A stretch of 64,000 nucleotides of DNA from Cellvibrionaceae bacterium (GTDB lineage Bacteria; Pseudomonadota; Gammaproteobacteria; Pseudomonadales; Cellvibrionaceae), in the NCBI GenBank assembly GCA_034111645.1, contig JAWUWW010000055.1, positions 1,641-65,640 on the forward strand, given 5' to 3'. The translations under genes and the position numbers were made by a program. Shown piece by piece: positions 41,057 to 50,514 of the stretch (the stretch's first letter is position 1; every line of letters begins with the position of its first letter). Below the pieces are notes generated by a model, which ran no database searches, was not told the origin of the DNA, and was given only the letters and a program-made list of their open reading frames with translations.

Positions 41057-41317
41057 GTGGCAAACTCACCCCAAGCGAAAAAACGTGCCCTTCAAAACGA
41101 AAAAACCCGCAAGCACAACACTAGCCTGCGCTCTATGGTTCGTACTCAGATTAAAAAAGTCATCACGGCTATTGAGGCCGGCGATAAAGAAGTAGCTAAT
41201 GCAGCATATGCAGCTGCAGTTCCTGTAATCGACCGCATGGCTGACAAGGGCATTATTCATAAGAATAAAGCAGCACGTCATAAAAGTCGTTTGAACGGCC
41301 AAATTAAAGCTTTATAA
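41057..41317 (+). CDS. rpsT: 30S ribosomal protein S20
   Basis: (M)[29 protein letters not shown]... is canonical S20. The start is GTG at 41057 with an AGGAG SD 7 nt upstream. The ORF-track start at 40994 is an artefactual N-terminal extension. Confidence 0.93.
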   Translation: MANSPQAKKRALQNEKTRKHNTSLRSMVRTQIKKVITAIEAGDKEVANAAYAAAVPVIDRMADKGIIHKNKAARHKSRLNGQIKAL

Positions 41318-41410
41318 GTTAATTTTTTAAATTGCTTAAATTTATTTCCGTTGCCATCAACGATTTACTTTAGTATCTAGTTGTAACCAGTATAAGAAAT
41401 ATACCCTATA

Positions 41411-41445
41411 AAACACCCTGACCTGTCAGGGTGTTTTTGTTTTTA
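41411..41445 (+). terminator. Rho-independent terminator of rpsT
   Basis: Perfect stem aaacaccctgac / gtcagggtgttt around a very short loop, followed by ttgttttt. Confidence 0.8.
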
Positions 41446-41648
41446 AAGACAAAAACGTCAAACTAACAAATGTATCTTCTCATCGCCCACATCCTATGAC
41501 ACACTATGCTCTAGCTTGAACTGCTTGTTTTTCGATATAGTGATCATTCAATAGTCACAAATACTAACAATCAGATTTTAATTACCAGATATTAATAGTA
41601 TGACCGGTTCTGGAAAGACTAAATTTTAGATAAACTAAAATAGACTAA

Positions 41649-42491
41649 ATGCAACCTCAGCTAGACCAAGTCATCGCAACAGAAGACCCTTACATGTTGT
41701 CATTAATTGCCAATATTTTTGCATTACTCTTGTATTCTTTAGCAAGCGCTTATCTGTTCAAGCACTTAAAGCAAAATAAAGCGGTGAATACACGCAACTT
41801 ATTCCTTTTAGCTCTATCTGCAATACTGATTCACTGCATTGCGATATATTTTGCGACTGTAATGCCTGACGGACTTAATTTGGGCATTCAAAACATGCCT
41901 TCTATTATATTTCTCTCTATTAATATTATTGTTGTCACCAGCAGCTTTAAAAAACCGCTACACAATCTTCTTATTTTTTTATTTCCGTTATCGATCATTT
42001 TTATTCTTGTCGCCATTATATTCAGAGACCTTGAACCACACCTTGTCGTAGTCAACATTGCTATTGGTTCTCATATTCTTTTGTCTATAATTTCTTATAG
42101 TTTATTAACCATGGCTTCTCTTCAAGCAGTCTTATGGAGCTGGCAAAATCATCAACTAAAAAGCCACCGCTTAGGCAAGCTTACAAATATTCTCCCTGCA
42201 TTACAGACAATGGAAGCCCTAATCTTTGAATTAGTGTTAGCGGGGGTTATTACTCTTGCTCTTGGGATGGCTATTGGTTTTACGTTTATAGATAATATAT
42301 TTGCCCAGCAATTAGTCCATAAAACGGTGTTATCTCTTTTTGGGCTGTTAATCTTCACCATCGTGCTATGGGGACGCTTTCAATTAGGATGGAGGGGCAA
42401 TAAGGCTGGTAGATGGGTGATTGGTGGGTTTTGTATGCTGATGTTAGCTTATTTTGGCAGCAAGTTAGTTTTGGAAATAATCCTTAACTAA
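41649..42491 (+). CDS. ypjD: Cytochrome c assembly (CcsA/ResC-like) family inner-membrane protein, YpjD-like
   Basis: Eight-TM hydrophobic protein of YpjD size. It is linked to a yfjD-like CNNM gene, as I recall for E. coli and Pseudomonas. The start may be the internal ATG at 41694 (MLSLIANIF...). Confidence 0.65.
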   Translation: MQPQLDQVIATEDPYMLSLIANIFALLLYSLASAYLFKHLKQNKAVNTRNLFLLALSAILIHCIAIYFATVMPDGLNLGIQNMPSIIFLSINIIVVTSSFKKPLHNLLIFLFPLSIIFILVAIIFRDLEPHLVVVNIAIGSHILLSIISYSLLTMASLQAVLWSWQNHQLKSHRLGKLTNILPALQTMEALIFELVLAGVITLALGMAIGFTFIDNIFAQQLVHKTVLSLFGLLIFTIVLWGRFQLGWRGNKAGRWVIGGFCMLMLAYFGSKLVLEIILN

Positions 42492-42502
42492 TCTATACTT
42501 AG

Positions 42503-42536
42503 CTTACAAACTTGCAAACACTTGCAAACACTTGCA
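42503..42536. repeat. 10-bp tandem repeat cttgcaaaca, about 3.4 copies
   Basis: Read directly from the sequence just downstream of the ypjD-like stop. Confidence 0.85.
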
Positions 42537-42859
42537 TTTATTTGTATTTTACATGCTAGCAAGAAGTTTATTTTATGGTCTCTTGTTGTGCTTGCACGAT
42601 GTAAAAAATTTTACTAGGCAATAACAACTATTAAATAGCCAGCAACGTATAGAAATTAATCAGTAGTTGATATAGTAATGAGCATGACTATTTTGTAATC
42701 AGCCCCGACAATTTATAAACAAATGCCGTAAATGGCCGATAAGTAATGGACTACTATTGATTAATATTCATTAAAATCACCATAAAATATTAATTGTATG
42801 AAGACGTCCTCGATAATTAGTTCGAGATTAGGGACAAAAAATAACATCAAGGTAATGTA

Positions 42860-45214
42860 ATGCCCGACAAAGACAAATCGAATCAAAGGCCTCGCCCGCA
42901 TTTACGCTCTATTTCGCCTGAAAAAACTACTTCACATGATCGTAAAGTAACTGCTTGGCTTAACCATTGCCAAGAAGTGGCTGTGAATCAGGCAACCATG
43001 TTTTTTGAAGAATTTACCCTTAATTTTGACGGCAAGCTAAACGACAATATCGATAAGTCCAAAACCAATCAAGAACATTTAGTAGGAATGGATAACCTTC
43101 GTGAATTCAGAGTCAACTCGGATCGGCTTAAGGCACATTTTAGTAATAAAATTAACGATGGCTTTACTCAATTTAAAAATAAGACGCTGGCTACTTACTT
43201 ACGCGAGCCGGATCCTAAAGAGAGCATATGGTCGCTTATCGATAATGATGAATTAGAAGAAACCATCGCAATAAAGACAATTGCTCATGAAAGTAATATT
43301 GAATACCAAGAAGATATTTGGCAATTAGAAAAGCGTTTTGGTAGCATAAATAACGGACATGCTGTTAACGAGCACAACAACCCTATTTCACCTCTACAAT
43401 TTTGTGTAGCCTTAAAATCGACACTGACTCTTATCAGTATCACTACGACATCCAAGCTTAGTGCTTACAAGGTATTTGCAAGCCTAATCTATACCTACCT
43501 TGAACCTTTATATACAACAACCAACGAATATTTTATCTCGGAAGGGATACTGCCAAATCTTCGCTACGATCAAGGCATGACTGAAAATACTTATAATGCC
43601 CGCCAAAATGTAGAAGAAAATCCATATTTAGAGGAGTCTGATGGCGCAGACGGCTCAGAAGATGGTCAGCACGGAGAAGCTTCAGGTCTAAGTGTAGAAG
43701 CAGATCGAGCTATGAAAGAAGGCGAACAAGTTAAACTTGTTCATGCAATACGCTCATTGCTGCAACAAACTCGGCAATATGGCGTCGATGAATATACCGG
43801 GAAGCCACCCGTAGTTTCTGATGTTGCGCCGAAAGAATTTAATAGAAGAGGCAATAAAGTCTCCCACCCTCCTATTTTGTTTGTTAATCAACAAATAATA
43901 GATGCGGTTGAGAATATTCAATCTTCTAGAACTGTATTAGTTAAAGATCATCAGTTAATGGATGCCCAAAGCATTTATGAGACTAATAAGCAAGTAGCTG
44001 CGCAATTAGCGAAAGAATCACCCGATGGCCAAATTGATCAGCAAGATATGTATACCATTGATCTTGTTGGTATTTTATTCGAATATATTTTGACTGACGA
44101 AAGCTTACCGGATTCAGTTAAAACGCTGCTGAGCCATCTCCACACTCCTTTCTTAAAATTAGCCTTTATCGATACGCAGTTTTTTGAAAAACCAGAGCAC
44201 CCCGCTAGACTTTTATTGGACAGCTTAGCTGAAGCTGGCGCTAACTATGTTAATGATGATGGCTCTGCTTTGTATGACATGTTTGATGAGATCAAATCTG
44301 TTGTTATGCGAATTATCGATGAGTTCAAGAACGACGTTAGATTGTTTGCAGAAATCTTATTCGAATTCAACCGCTTAAAGAATAAATTACATCATAAGCA
44401 CCAGCTTAAAGAACGCAATAATATTGAACGTGTTCAGGGTCAAGAACGCCTTCGCTTAGCCAAAAAACGTGGCAAGCAAGAATTAGAAAGCCGTGTAAAA
44501 GGTGTCAAGTTGCCATCGGCAGTCACTCAATTACTTCGTCCTTGGTTTACTTATCTAACACTATTACAGCTAAGAGACAGCGATAATGAGGCTCTCTGGA
44601 AGCAGGCATTAAGAGTCATTGACGAATTAGTTTATTTCTTTGATTTTAGCGACCAGACTGCCGATAGATCAGAGTTAGAACCGCGTTTTAACGGTATTTT
44701 ATCAGCGATTAAAATCGGCTTTAATACGATGGGTTACGATCAAACTAGCTCTAAGAAAATTTTGGTCGACTTAACCGCGCTTAAAATTGCAACGGTCAAA
44801 AGATATGCTCCTGTTGCTTCAAAAGAGGACCCAGTTGATGGTAAGACAGAACAAAAACTCTCAGCTAAACCTTTACCGATTAAAGAGCCAGAGCCAATTG
44901 CACAAGTAGAAGAGCAAGCGACCAAGGAAGAAGAAAAAGTTATCGAATACTTAAAACTTATTGAAGCAGGCACTTGGTTTGAATTTGATAAAAATATTCG
45001 CCTTAAGGTCAATGGTTTTAGCTCTAAGCTTAAGAAATTTATGCTCGTTGATAGCACCAGTCAAAAAGTAGTCATGATCTCTCGCCTAGAGCTTGCAAGA
45101 AAAGTAATTTCTGAAGATGCAAAAGTAGTGGCTGGCAGTACTAAACCGCTATTTGAACGCGCACTAGAAAAAATCTTCCAACGTTTAGATGACGAGTCAA
45201 AGTCCTTAAAGTAA
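42860..45214 (+). CDS. DUF1631 family protein (784 aa)
   Basis: The size and several segments match my memory of DUF1631 (PF07793): LIDNDELEETIA, NPISPLQF, LLSHLHTPFLKLAFID..FF....HPARLLLDSLAEAG, and a C-terminal G.WFEF...R.K..GFS......ML.D..SQKV..ISR.ELA. AAGGTAA SD. Not verified by search. Confidence 0.55.
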   Translation: MPDKDKSNQRPRPHLRSISPEKTTSHDRKVTAWLNHCQEVAVNQATMFFEEFTLNFDGKLNDNIDKSKTNQEHLVGMDNLREFRVNSDRLKAHFSNKINDGFTQFKNKTLATYLREPDPKESIWSLIDNDELEETIAIKTIAHESNIEYQEDIWQLEKRFGSINNGHAVNEHNNPISPLQFCVALKSTLTLISITTTSKLSAYKVFASLIYTYLEPLYTTTNEYFISEGILPNLRYDQGMTENTYNARQNVEENPYLEESDGADGSEDGQHGEASGLSVEADRAMKEGEQVKLVHAIRSLLQQTRQYGVDEYTGKPPVVSDVAPKEFNRRGNKVSHPPILFVNQQIIDAVENIQSSRTVLVKDHQLMDAQSIYETNKQVAAQLAKESPDGQIDQQDMYTIDLVGILFEYILTDESLPDSVKTLLSHLHTPFLKLAFIDTQFFEKPEHPARLLLDSLAEAGANYVNDDGSALYDMFDEIKSVVMRIIDEFKNDVRLFAEILFEFNRLKNKLHHKHQLKERNNIERVQGQERLRLAKKRGKQELESRVKGVKLPSAVTQLLRPWFTYLTLLQLRDSDNEALWKQALRVIDELVYFFDFSDQTADRSELEPRFNGILSAIKIGFNTMGYDQTSSKKILVDLTALKIATVKRYAPVASKEDPVDGKTEQKLSAKPLPIKEPEPIAQVEEQATKEEEKVIEYLKLIEAGTWFEFDKNIRLKVNGFSSKLKKFMLVDSTSQKVVMISRLELARKVISEDAKVVAGSTKPLFERALEKIFQRLDDESKSLK

Positions 45215-45236
45215 TAACTATGAGAATGTTAAGAAG

Positions 45237-45593
45237 ATGACGGTCTCTAATGCATTAGCCAATAGACGGCAACTAAGGCGACATAAGTTATCTGTAGAAA
45301 TTGCGCTTCTCGATAGTGCTAGGTCAGAGACTATGGGTAAGCTTGTTGATATTCATCAAGAGGGTCTTTTACTACTTGGAAAAGCCTTCGTAATCGAGTC
45401 ATCGCATCAATTCTCACTGATGTTACCCAACAGCATTAATGGGCAATTTTATATAGAGATTGGTGTAGAGTGCTTGTGGTGCCAACCTTCGATAGATAAT
45501 GACACGCTTTTTTGGGTAGGCTTTACAATTATAGATAAGTCTAAAAATGCCACTGCTGGTATACAATCACTGATCAATATTACTGCACCATGA
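45237..45593 (+). CDS. PilZ-domain protein (putative c-di-GMP receptor)
   Basis: N-terminal RRQLRR (RxxxR) followed ~25 aa later by DIHQEGLLL, a D.S..G-type motif with His in place of Ser. 118 aa, 22 nt downstream of the DUF1631 gene. Confidence 0.6.
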   Translation: MTVSNALANRRQLRRHKLSVEIALLDSARSETMGKLVDIHQEGLLLLGKAFVIESSHQFSLMLPNSINGQFYIEIGVECLWCQPSIDNDTLFWVGFTIIDKSKNATAGIQSLINITAP

Positions 45594-45717
45594 AGCTCTC
45601 GGAATTAACATAACTGTATTTTTACTTTACTCAAATCATTAATATAATTCATTCATTGATTAGATCTGATCTTTTAATTACGATACCACTCCATAAATGT
45701 ATACAGGTTAACCCTCT

Positions 45718-46992
45718 TTGAACGATATTCCCTTAAGTATTTTATTCAGTATTCTTGGATTATTAATTTTTTGCTCGGCTTTCTTTTCAAGCTCCGAAAC
45801 TGCAATGATGGCATTAAATCGCTATCGTCTAAGGCATTTAGAAAAAAAAGGACATATGGGGGCCAAGCGCGCATCAGATTTATTGAGACGACCTGATAGA
45901 TTAATTGGTGTCATTTTAATTGGGAATAATCTTGCTAATAATTTAGCCGCGGCACTAACAACCTTAATTGCCCTAAGACTCTATGGCGAGCACTCGGTAT
46001 TTACAGCGAGTGTGTTGCTCACATTGGTTGTTCTCATATTTGCAGAGGTGACACCTAAAACAATCGCTGCACTGCATCCAGAAAGAGTCGCTTTTCCTTT
46101 TACTTTACTACTAAAGCCCTTGTTATTTGCTCTCTACCCCGCGGTATGGATCGTCAACCATCTGTCAAATGGCCTAGCCAAATTATTTGGCGTCGATATT
46201 CATAAGGTCAATACCAATGATCACCTTCATCCAGACGAACTAAAAACAATTGTTGGTGAGGCCGGCGCCTTAATACCAGATGATCACCAAGATATGTTGC
46301 TCAATATCTTAAATTTAGAAAAATCGTCTGTAGAAGATATTATGATCCCACGCAGCGAAGTCAGCGGAATCAACCTAGAAGATGGTATTGATGAGATTAT
46401 TAAGCAGCTTGAAGATACCGAGTATACAAGGCTGCCTGTGTTTGAAGGCAACATCAATAATGTCATCGGGATTTTACATCTACGAGCCACGGCCAAACTA
46501 CTGAGTGACCCCTCGCCATTCACTCATGAAAAAATACGTGATCATATTACTGAGCCATATTTTGTACCCGAAAGCACATCGCTGAACAAACAGTTAATCA
46601 GCTTTAAAACTCATAAACGTAGTATGGCTCTTATCGTTGATGAGTATGGTGAAATTCAAGGACTAATAACACTTGCCGACCTGCTAGAGGAGATTGTTGG
46701 TGACTTCACAACAGATCTTGCCAATACTCGTGAGCCCGACATTACTCCAATAGATAATGAGTGGTATCTAATTGATGGCAGTGCATCTATTCGTGACGTG
46801 AATCGTAATTTATTCTGGGACCTACCAATAGATGGCCCTAAAACACTCAACGGCTTAATGATGGAGTATCTTGAAAGTATACCTCGTGGTCAAATTAGCT
46901 TCACGATTGACGGTTATGTTTTCGAAACTGTAAAACTTTCTAATACTATGATTGAGTGTGCAAAAGTGAAATGTTTGAACGAGATCATTTAA
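45718..46992 (+). CDS. yfjD: CNNM/HlyC/CorC-family transporter (DUF21 + CBS pair + CorC_HlyC), YfjD-like
   Basis: DUF21 membrane domain (FFSSSETAMMALNRYRL), tandem CBS domains and a CorC C-terminal domain. TTG start at 45718. Confidence 0.85.
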   Translation: MNDIPLSILFSILGLLIFCSAFFSSSETAMMALNRYRLRHLEKKGHMGAKRASDLLRRPDRLIGVILIGNNLANNLAAALTTLIALRLYGEHSVFTASVLLTLVVLIFAEVTPKTIAALHPERVAFPFTLLLKPLLFALYPAVWIVNHLSNGLAKLFGVDIHKVNTNDHLHPDELKTIVGEAGALIPDDHQDMLLNILNLEKSSVEDIMIPRSEVSGINLEDGIDEIIKQLEDTEYTRLPVFEGNINNVIGILHLRATAKLLSDPSPFTHEKIRDHITEPYFVPESTSLNKQLISFKTHKRSMALIVDEYGEIQGLITLADLLEEIVGDFTTDLANTREPDITPIDNEWYLIDGSASIRDVNRNLFWDLPIDGPKTLNGLMMEYLESIPRGQISFTIDGYVFETVKLSNTMIECAKVKCLNEII

Positions 46993-47022
46993 ACATCTGA
47001 CCTCAAACAGGTGCGATGAGAT

Positions 47023-47198
47023 TTATGATGAGACCTTTGCACGAAAGCCATTTGACTTCCATCCGGGTTTACCCCTCAAGAGGGAACCGAGGAAAAACGT
47101 ACTCAATCGATTATTTATCACACATAAACTCCCTCTTGACCTGCGTTTTTGCCTTGTCTGAAAGCAAAATTATCTTAGGTGCAAAGGTCTTATGATAA
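47023..47198. mobile_element. Candidate MITE: 158-bp core with 11-bp terminal inverted repeats flanked by a 9-bp direct repeat
   Basis: TIRs are gacctttgcac (47032-47042) and gtgcaaaggtc (47179-47189). The flanking direct repeats are ttatgatga (47023-47031) and ttatgataa (47190-47198). An internal 9-bp pairing tcaagaggg (47076-84) / ccctcttga (47131-39) exists. No ORF is present. It lies between the convergent yfjD-like and DUF1289 genes, and the right flank contains the DUF1289 stop codon. Confidence 0.4.
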
Positions 47199-47381
47199 AA
47201 ATGGATTAACTTTTTTTTCACGCTCATAGGCTTTTTGAATCACTTGTTTTTTTTGCAGGTTAGATAAAACACTCCACTGAGTAATTTCATCGGCGCTACG
47301 ATAACAACCCTGACAAATATCAGCCTTATTTAATGCACAAATCGACATACAGGGTGAAGCAACTATTTTTTCCTCTTTCAT
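47190..47381 (-). CDS. DUF1289 domain protein (small Cys-rich, Fe-S-like)
   Basis: SPCMSICALNKADICQGCYRSADEITQW matches the DUF1289 signature (SPC...C......C.GC.R...E...W). Confidence 0.75.
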   Translation of the reverse strand: MKEEKIVASPCMSICALNKADICQGCYRSADEITQWSVLSNLQKKQVIQKAYEREKKVNPFLS

Positions 47382-47463
47382 ATTACTTGATTATTCCCAA
47401 CTTATTAGTTGTCTAATTGCTGTTAATATTTAGCATTGCTTTTTAGCTAGGTATTAGCGTTGC

Positions 47464-48081
47464 CTATTTCCAGAGCTTTTCTGGCGTATGATGCTTTCTT
47501 GGGAAATCATAATTAAAGCAACGCAATAATAGTTCTTTGATAACACCGGCCGTCATCCCCCAAATTTCATAACCCTGATAATAATAAGCCGGCGCCCAAA
47601 ATTCCTTTTTATCTCTATGAAAAATATCTGTTCTTACACGACAGCCCGACCTAAGTTCGGTTAATGGAATCATAAAAATACTGTCGATCTCTGCGGGATT
47701 ACAGATTAATGATAGCTGAGAAGAATTAATCACCCCAACGACAGGAATTACTTCCGTATTATTGCGTGTATGAATCGCTGGCAATAAACCAAGTACACTT
47801 ACATCACCTGGATTTAATGCGATCTCTTCATCAGCCTCACGTAATGCGGTCCCCAAAGGAAATTCATCGCCTGGCTCCCACATTCCTCCGGGAAAAGCAA
47901 CTTCGCCCCCATGATGGGTCATATTGAAGGCTCGCTGTGTCAATAATAACGACATAACCCCGTTATGTTTTATCAAGGGGACTAATATAGCCGCACAACC
48001 TAAAGGCTGTTTAGTATCATGATAAGAATAGTCAGCGCCATTTTTTAAACCAGAACTGATCATTTCAACGTTAAATGTCAT
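47464..48081 (-). CDS. nudL: CoA pyrophosphatase (NUDIX, NudL-like)
   Basis: CoA-ase motif LLLTQRAFNMTHHGGEVAFPGG upstream of the Nudix box (GTALREADEEIAL). Confidence 0.8.
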   Translation of the reverse strand: MTFNVEMISSGLKNGADYSYHDTKQPLGCAAILVPLIKHNGVMSLLLTQRAFNMTHHGGEVAFPGGMWEPGDEFPLGTALREADEEIALNPGDVSVLGLLPAIHTRNNTEVIPVVGVINSSQLSLICNPAEIDSIFMIPLTELRSGCRVRTDIFHRDKKEFWAPAYYYQGYEIWGMTAGVIKELLLRCFNYDFPRKHHTPEKLWK

Positions 48082-48381
48082 AGAAAAATTTAATAATTAA
48101 TAAATTGGTTATAAGGAAAATCTGTGTAATTTCGTGTTTTTCACAAGCTATAAACACCTAATGTTGACTTTGACACACTAAATGGTCAAATACTTCGCGA
48201 AAAAGCAAAATGTTTAATTTCAAATCTTATTTTTAAGAACAATTTATTCTAATAAAAGCTATCTACTTAGCAAAGCTTTTTTTGTAGTATAAGATTTGTA
48301 CGTATCACCATACAATCAATACTAGCTATTGTATTTAAGGTGGGGGCCTTAGTGTAGCCTAGTTAAGATAGGAGTTTTATA

Positions 48382-48750
48382 ATGTTTGAATATCCATCTT
48401 TTAATCATCTACTCAAATTAGCTCAAGAAGATCCAGAAGCTCTAGAAAAATTTCGTCAAGAACAAGTGGAGCTAATTATTAGTCAAGCTCCAATAAAAAA
48501 CCAACGACGTCTGCGTGGACTTCAATTTCAGATTGATGCACAACGTGCACTTCACATTAATTCTCCTATGGGAGCTTGTTTAAAAATAAGCCAGATGATG
48601 CATGACTCTCTCGATGAACTGTGTTCTTGGCTGAATAAAATTACGTCTAGTAAAGATATTTTTCCTAACGACTTAAACGGTCACGGACACCACCTTCAAA
48701 GTAGCCAATGTAGCGCAAAAATAATATGCTTTACTAAGACGAGCCGCTAG
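48382..48750 (+). CDS. DUF3135 domain protein
   Basis: The N-terminal pattern PSFNHLLKLAQEDPEALEKFRQEQVELII...RRLRGLQFQID fits my memory of DUF3135. GGAG SD. Confidence 0.55.
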   Translation: MFEYPSFNHLLKLAQEDPEALEKFRQEQVELIISQAPIKNQRRLRGLQFQIDAQRALHINSPMGACLKISQMMHDSLDELCSWLNKITSSKDIFPNDLNGHGHHLQSSQCSAKIICFTKTSR

Positions 48751-48788
48751 ACTCATAAAAACCCACTACGTATAATGATTACGTAAGT

Positions 48789-48866
48789 AAAAGGCGCAAT
48801 AGTATTTTTTTAAAAACTTCAGTTGATACCAACTAAGTTTTTAGAACTATTGTGCCTTTTTTATTT
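48789..48866 (+). terminator. Long compound hairpin followed by a T-run (terminator of the DUF3135 gene)
   Basis: Outer arms are aaaaggcgcaatagt (48789-48803) and actattgtgcctttt (48846-48860, one G-U). An inner stem pairs aaaaactt (48812-19) with aagttttt (48835-42). The hairpin is followed by ttatttgtttt. Confidence 0.5.
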
Positions 48867-48929
48867 GTTTTGATGGCTCGTTAGATAAATTCAGTTAATG
48901 GGCTTGTTGATTAAACGTTAGGGGATTGT

Positions 48930-49478
48930 ATGAAGTTTTGCAGTATGTGTGGCGGCTCGATTAATTGGTCAATACCCAAAGGGGATAACCGCGAACGCTA
49001 TGTTTGTAGTGATATAGAATGCGGTGAAATTCATTATCAAAATCCACGAATCATTACTGGTTGCCTACCTTTCTATAAAAATCAAGTACTTCTTTGCAAG
49101 CGCGCCATTGAACCTCGCTATGGTTTATGGACACTACCCGCTGGTTTTTTAGAGAACCAAGAAACCACTCAGCAAGGTGCTCAGCGCGAATCAATTGAGG
49201 AGGCAAATGCAAATCTCGATATTCAAGATTTGTATACTATTTTTGATATTCCACATATCAACCAAGTTTATTTTTTTTATCGCGCCGAACTTATTGATAC
49301 CGATTTTAGCCCTGGAGTAGAGTCTTTGGACGTTAAGTTATTTAATTTAGAAGATATACCTTGGCAAGAGCTTGCGTTTCCAGCAATCAAAAAAACCTTA
49401 GAATATTATATTGAAGACACCGCAACCCAAGAATTCAAGTTTAGATCGGAGATATTAGCACCTACAAAGATCAGATAA
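48930..49478 (+). CDS. NUDIX hydrolase with N-terminal zinc ribbon
   Basis: CSMCGG...CSDIECGE zinc ribbon, then the Nudix box GFLENQETTQQGAQRESIEEANA. AGGGGA SD. Confidence 0.75.
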   Translation: MKFCSMCGGSINWSIPKGDNRERYVCSDIECGEIHYQNPRIITGCLPFYKNQVLLCKRAIEPRYGLWTLPAGFLENQETTQQGAQRESIEEANANLDIQDLYTIFDIPHINQVYFFYRAELIDTDFSPGVESLDVKLFNLEDIPWQELAFPAIKKTLEYYIEDTATQEFKFRSEILAPTKIR

Positions 49479-49549
49479 TAATCGTTAATAATTTTCAATG
49501 AGCAATGAACTTATAAAGACTGATAGGGTTTCACAAGCAAGAAAATTAA

Positions 49550-49861
49550 TTAATAATCTGCTAGCTTCCATACTTCGTAGGCTGGCTCTTCAAAGGGATG
49601 GGATTGCCTAAGCGCTTTAATGACCTGCTTTACAGCAGCATCATTACAAACCATTTCAACTTTGTACTCATCAATAGTTTCTAATTTATCTTGTTGGCCT
49701 ATAAATGGCTTGCTGCCTTTCATTGGTATAAACTGACCTTGACCTAAGACCTGCCAACAACATTGGTCATATTCACCCATTTTACCTGCCCCTGCTTTAA
49801 AAACAGCTTTTTTAGTTTTTTCGAGATGCGATTGAGGCACAAAAAAGGCTAATTTATACAT
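49550..49861 (-). CDS. YqfO-like / NIF3-insert-domain family small protein
   Basis: MYKLAFFVPQSHLEKTKKAVFKAGAGKMGEYDQCCWQVLGQGQF.P....PF.G......E.KVE.V...HPFEEPAY.VW.L is the pattern of the ~100-aa standalone YqfO/NIF3-related proteins. I prefer the ATG at 49861 (AAAGG SD, no overlap with the upstream gene) over 49897. Confidence 0.55.
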   Translation of the reverse strand: MYKLAFFVPQSHLEKTKKAVFKAGAGKMGEYDQCCWQVLGQGQFIPMKGSKPFIGQQDKLETIDEYKVEMVCNDAAVKQVIKALRQSHPFEEPAYEVWKLADY

Positions 49862-49881
49862 ACTGATACCTTTGCTATAAA

Positions 49882-50514
49882 CTATCGCTGACCCCATTCA
49901 TTAATAGTCCTTGTAACATCGCCTTTATTTTTTTTCACTTCAGCATCAAATTGACCGCGAAATGTCTGACCCAAATTAATACCATTTAGTATTACATTAA
50001 TCATCTTCCATTGACCTTGATTATTTTTAGCCATTGAGTAAGAGACTTGATTAGCACTTGCACCACCACTAATTTCTTGAACAACAACAGTTCTGCGTTC
50101 TTCATCATTGATAGGGTTTTGAGGTGGTAAAACGGCGATCGCTAAATCACTAAAATTAGACATTCCACTTCCGTAAGTATTCACTAAGCCGAGCTTGAAA
50201 GATTTGGCAAATTGCGACACCTGCTCAGTGGTGACTTCTTTAGCATAGTTTCCCATAACACCACGAGCTATATAATCGAAGGCAATGACAGGGTCTAAAA
50301 TTTTAGATAGCTCTTCAACAAAGATTTCTGGTTCGCCAACAGGATCTAAGCCCCTATTCAAAGCATCCAAAACAAGCTGTGTAGTATCTTGAACAACATT
50401 ATGCGGAGCAGAATCAAATGTTGGCTTTATCACGTTCACTTTTGCCACCGCCATTGATGAGAGACAGACAAGAAATAATCCAACAAAATAAAACACTGAT
50501 TTACTATGATTCAT
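49882..50514 (-). CDS. MlaC/Ttg2D-like periplasmic phospholipid-binding protein
   Basis: A signal peptide and the size and sequence pattern of the toluene-tolerance Ttg2D/MlaC family (DP...F.E....LDPV.AFDYIAR.VMG.Y). It stands alone without mlaFEDB. Confidence 0.6.
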   Translation of the reverse strand: MNHSKSVFYFVGLFLVCLSSMAVAKVNVIKPTFDSAPHNVVQDTTQLVLDALNRGLDPVGEPEIFVEELSKILDPVIAFDYIARGVMGNYAKEVTTEQVSQFAKSFKLGLVNTYGSGMSNFSDLAIAVLPPQNPINDEERRTVVVQEISGGASANQVSYSMAKNNQGQWKMINVILNGINLGQTFRGQFDAEVKKNKGDVTRTINEWGQR

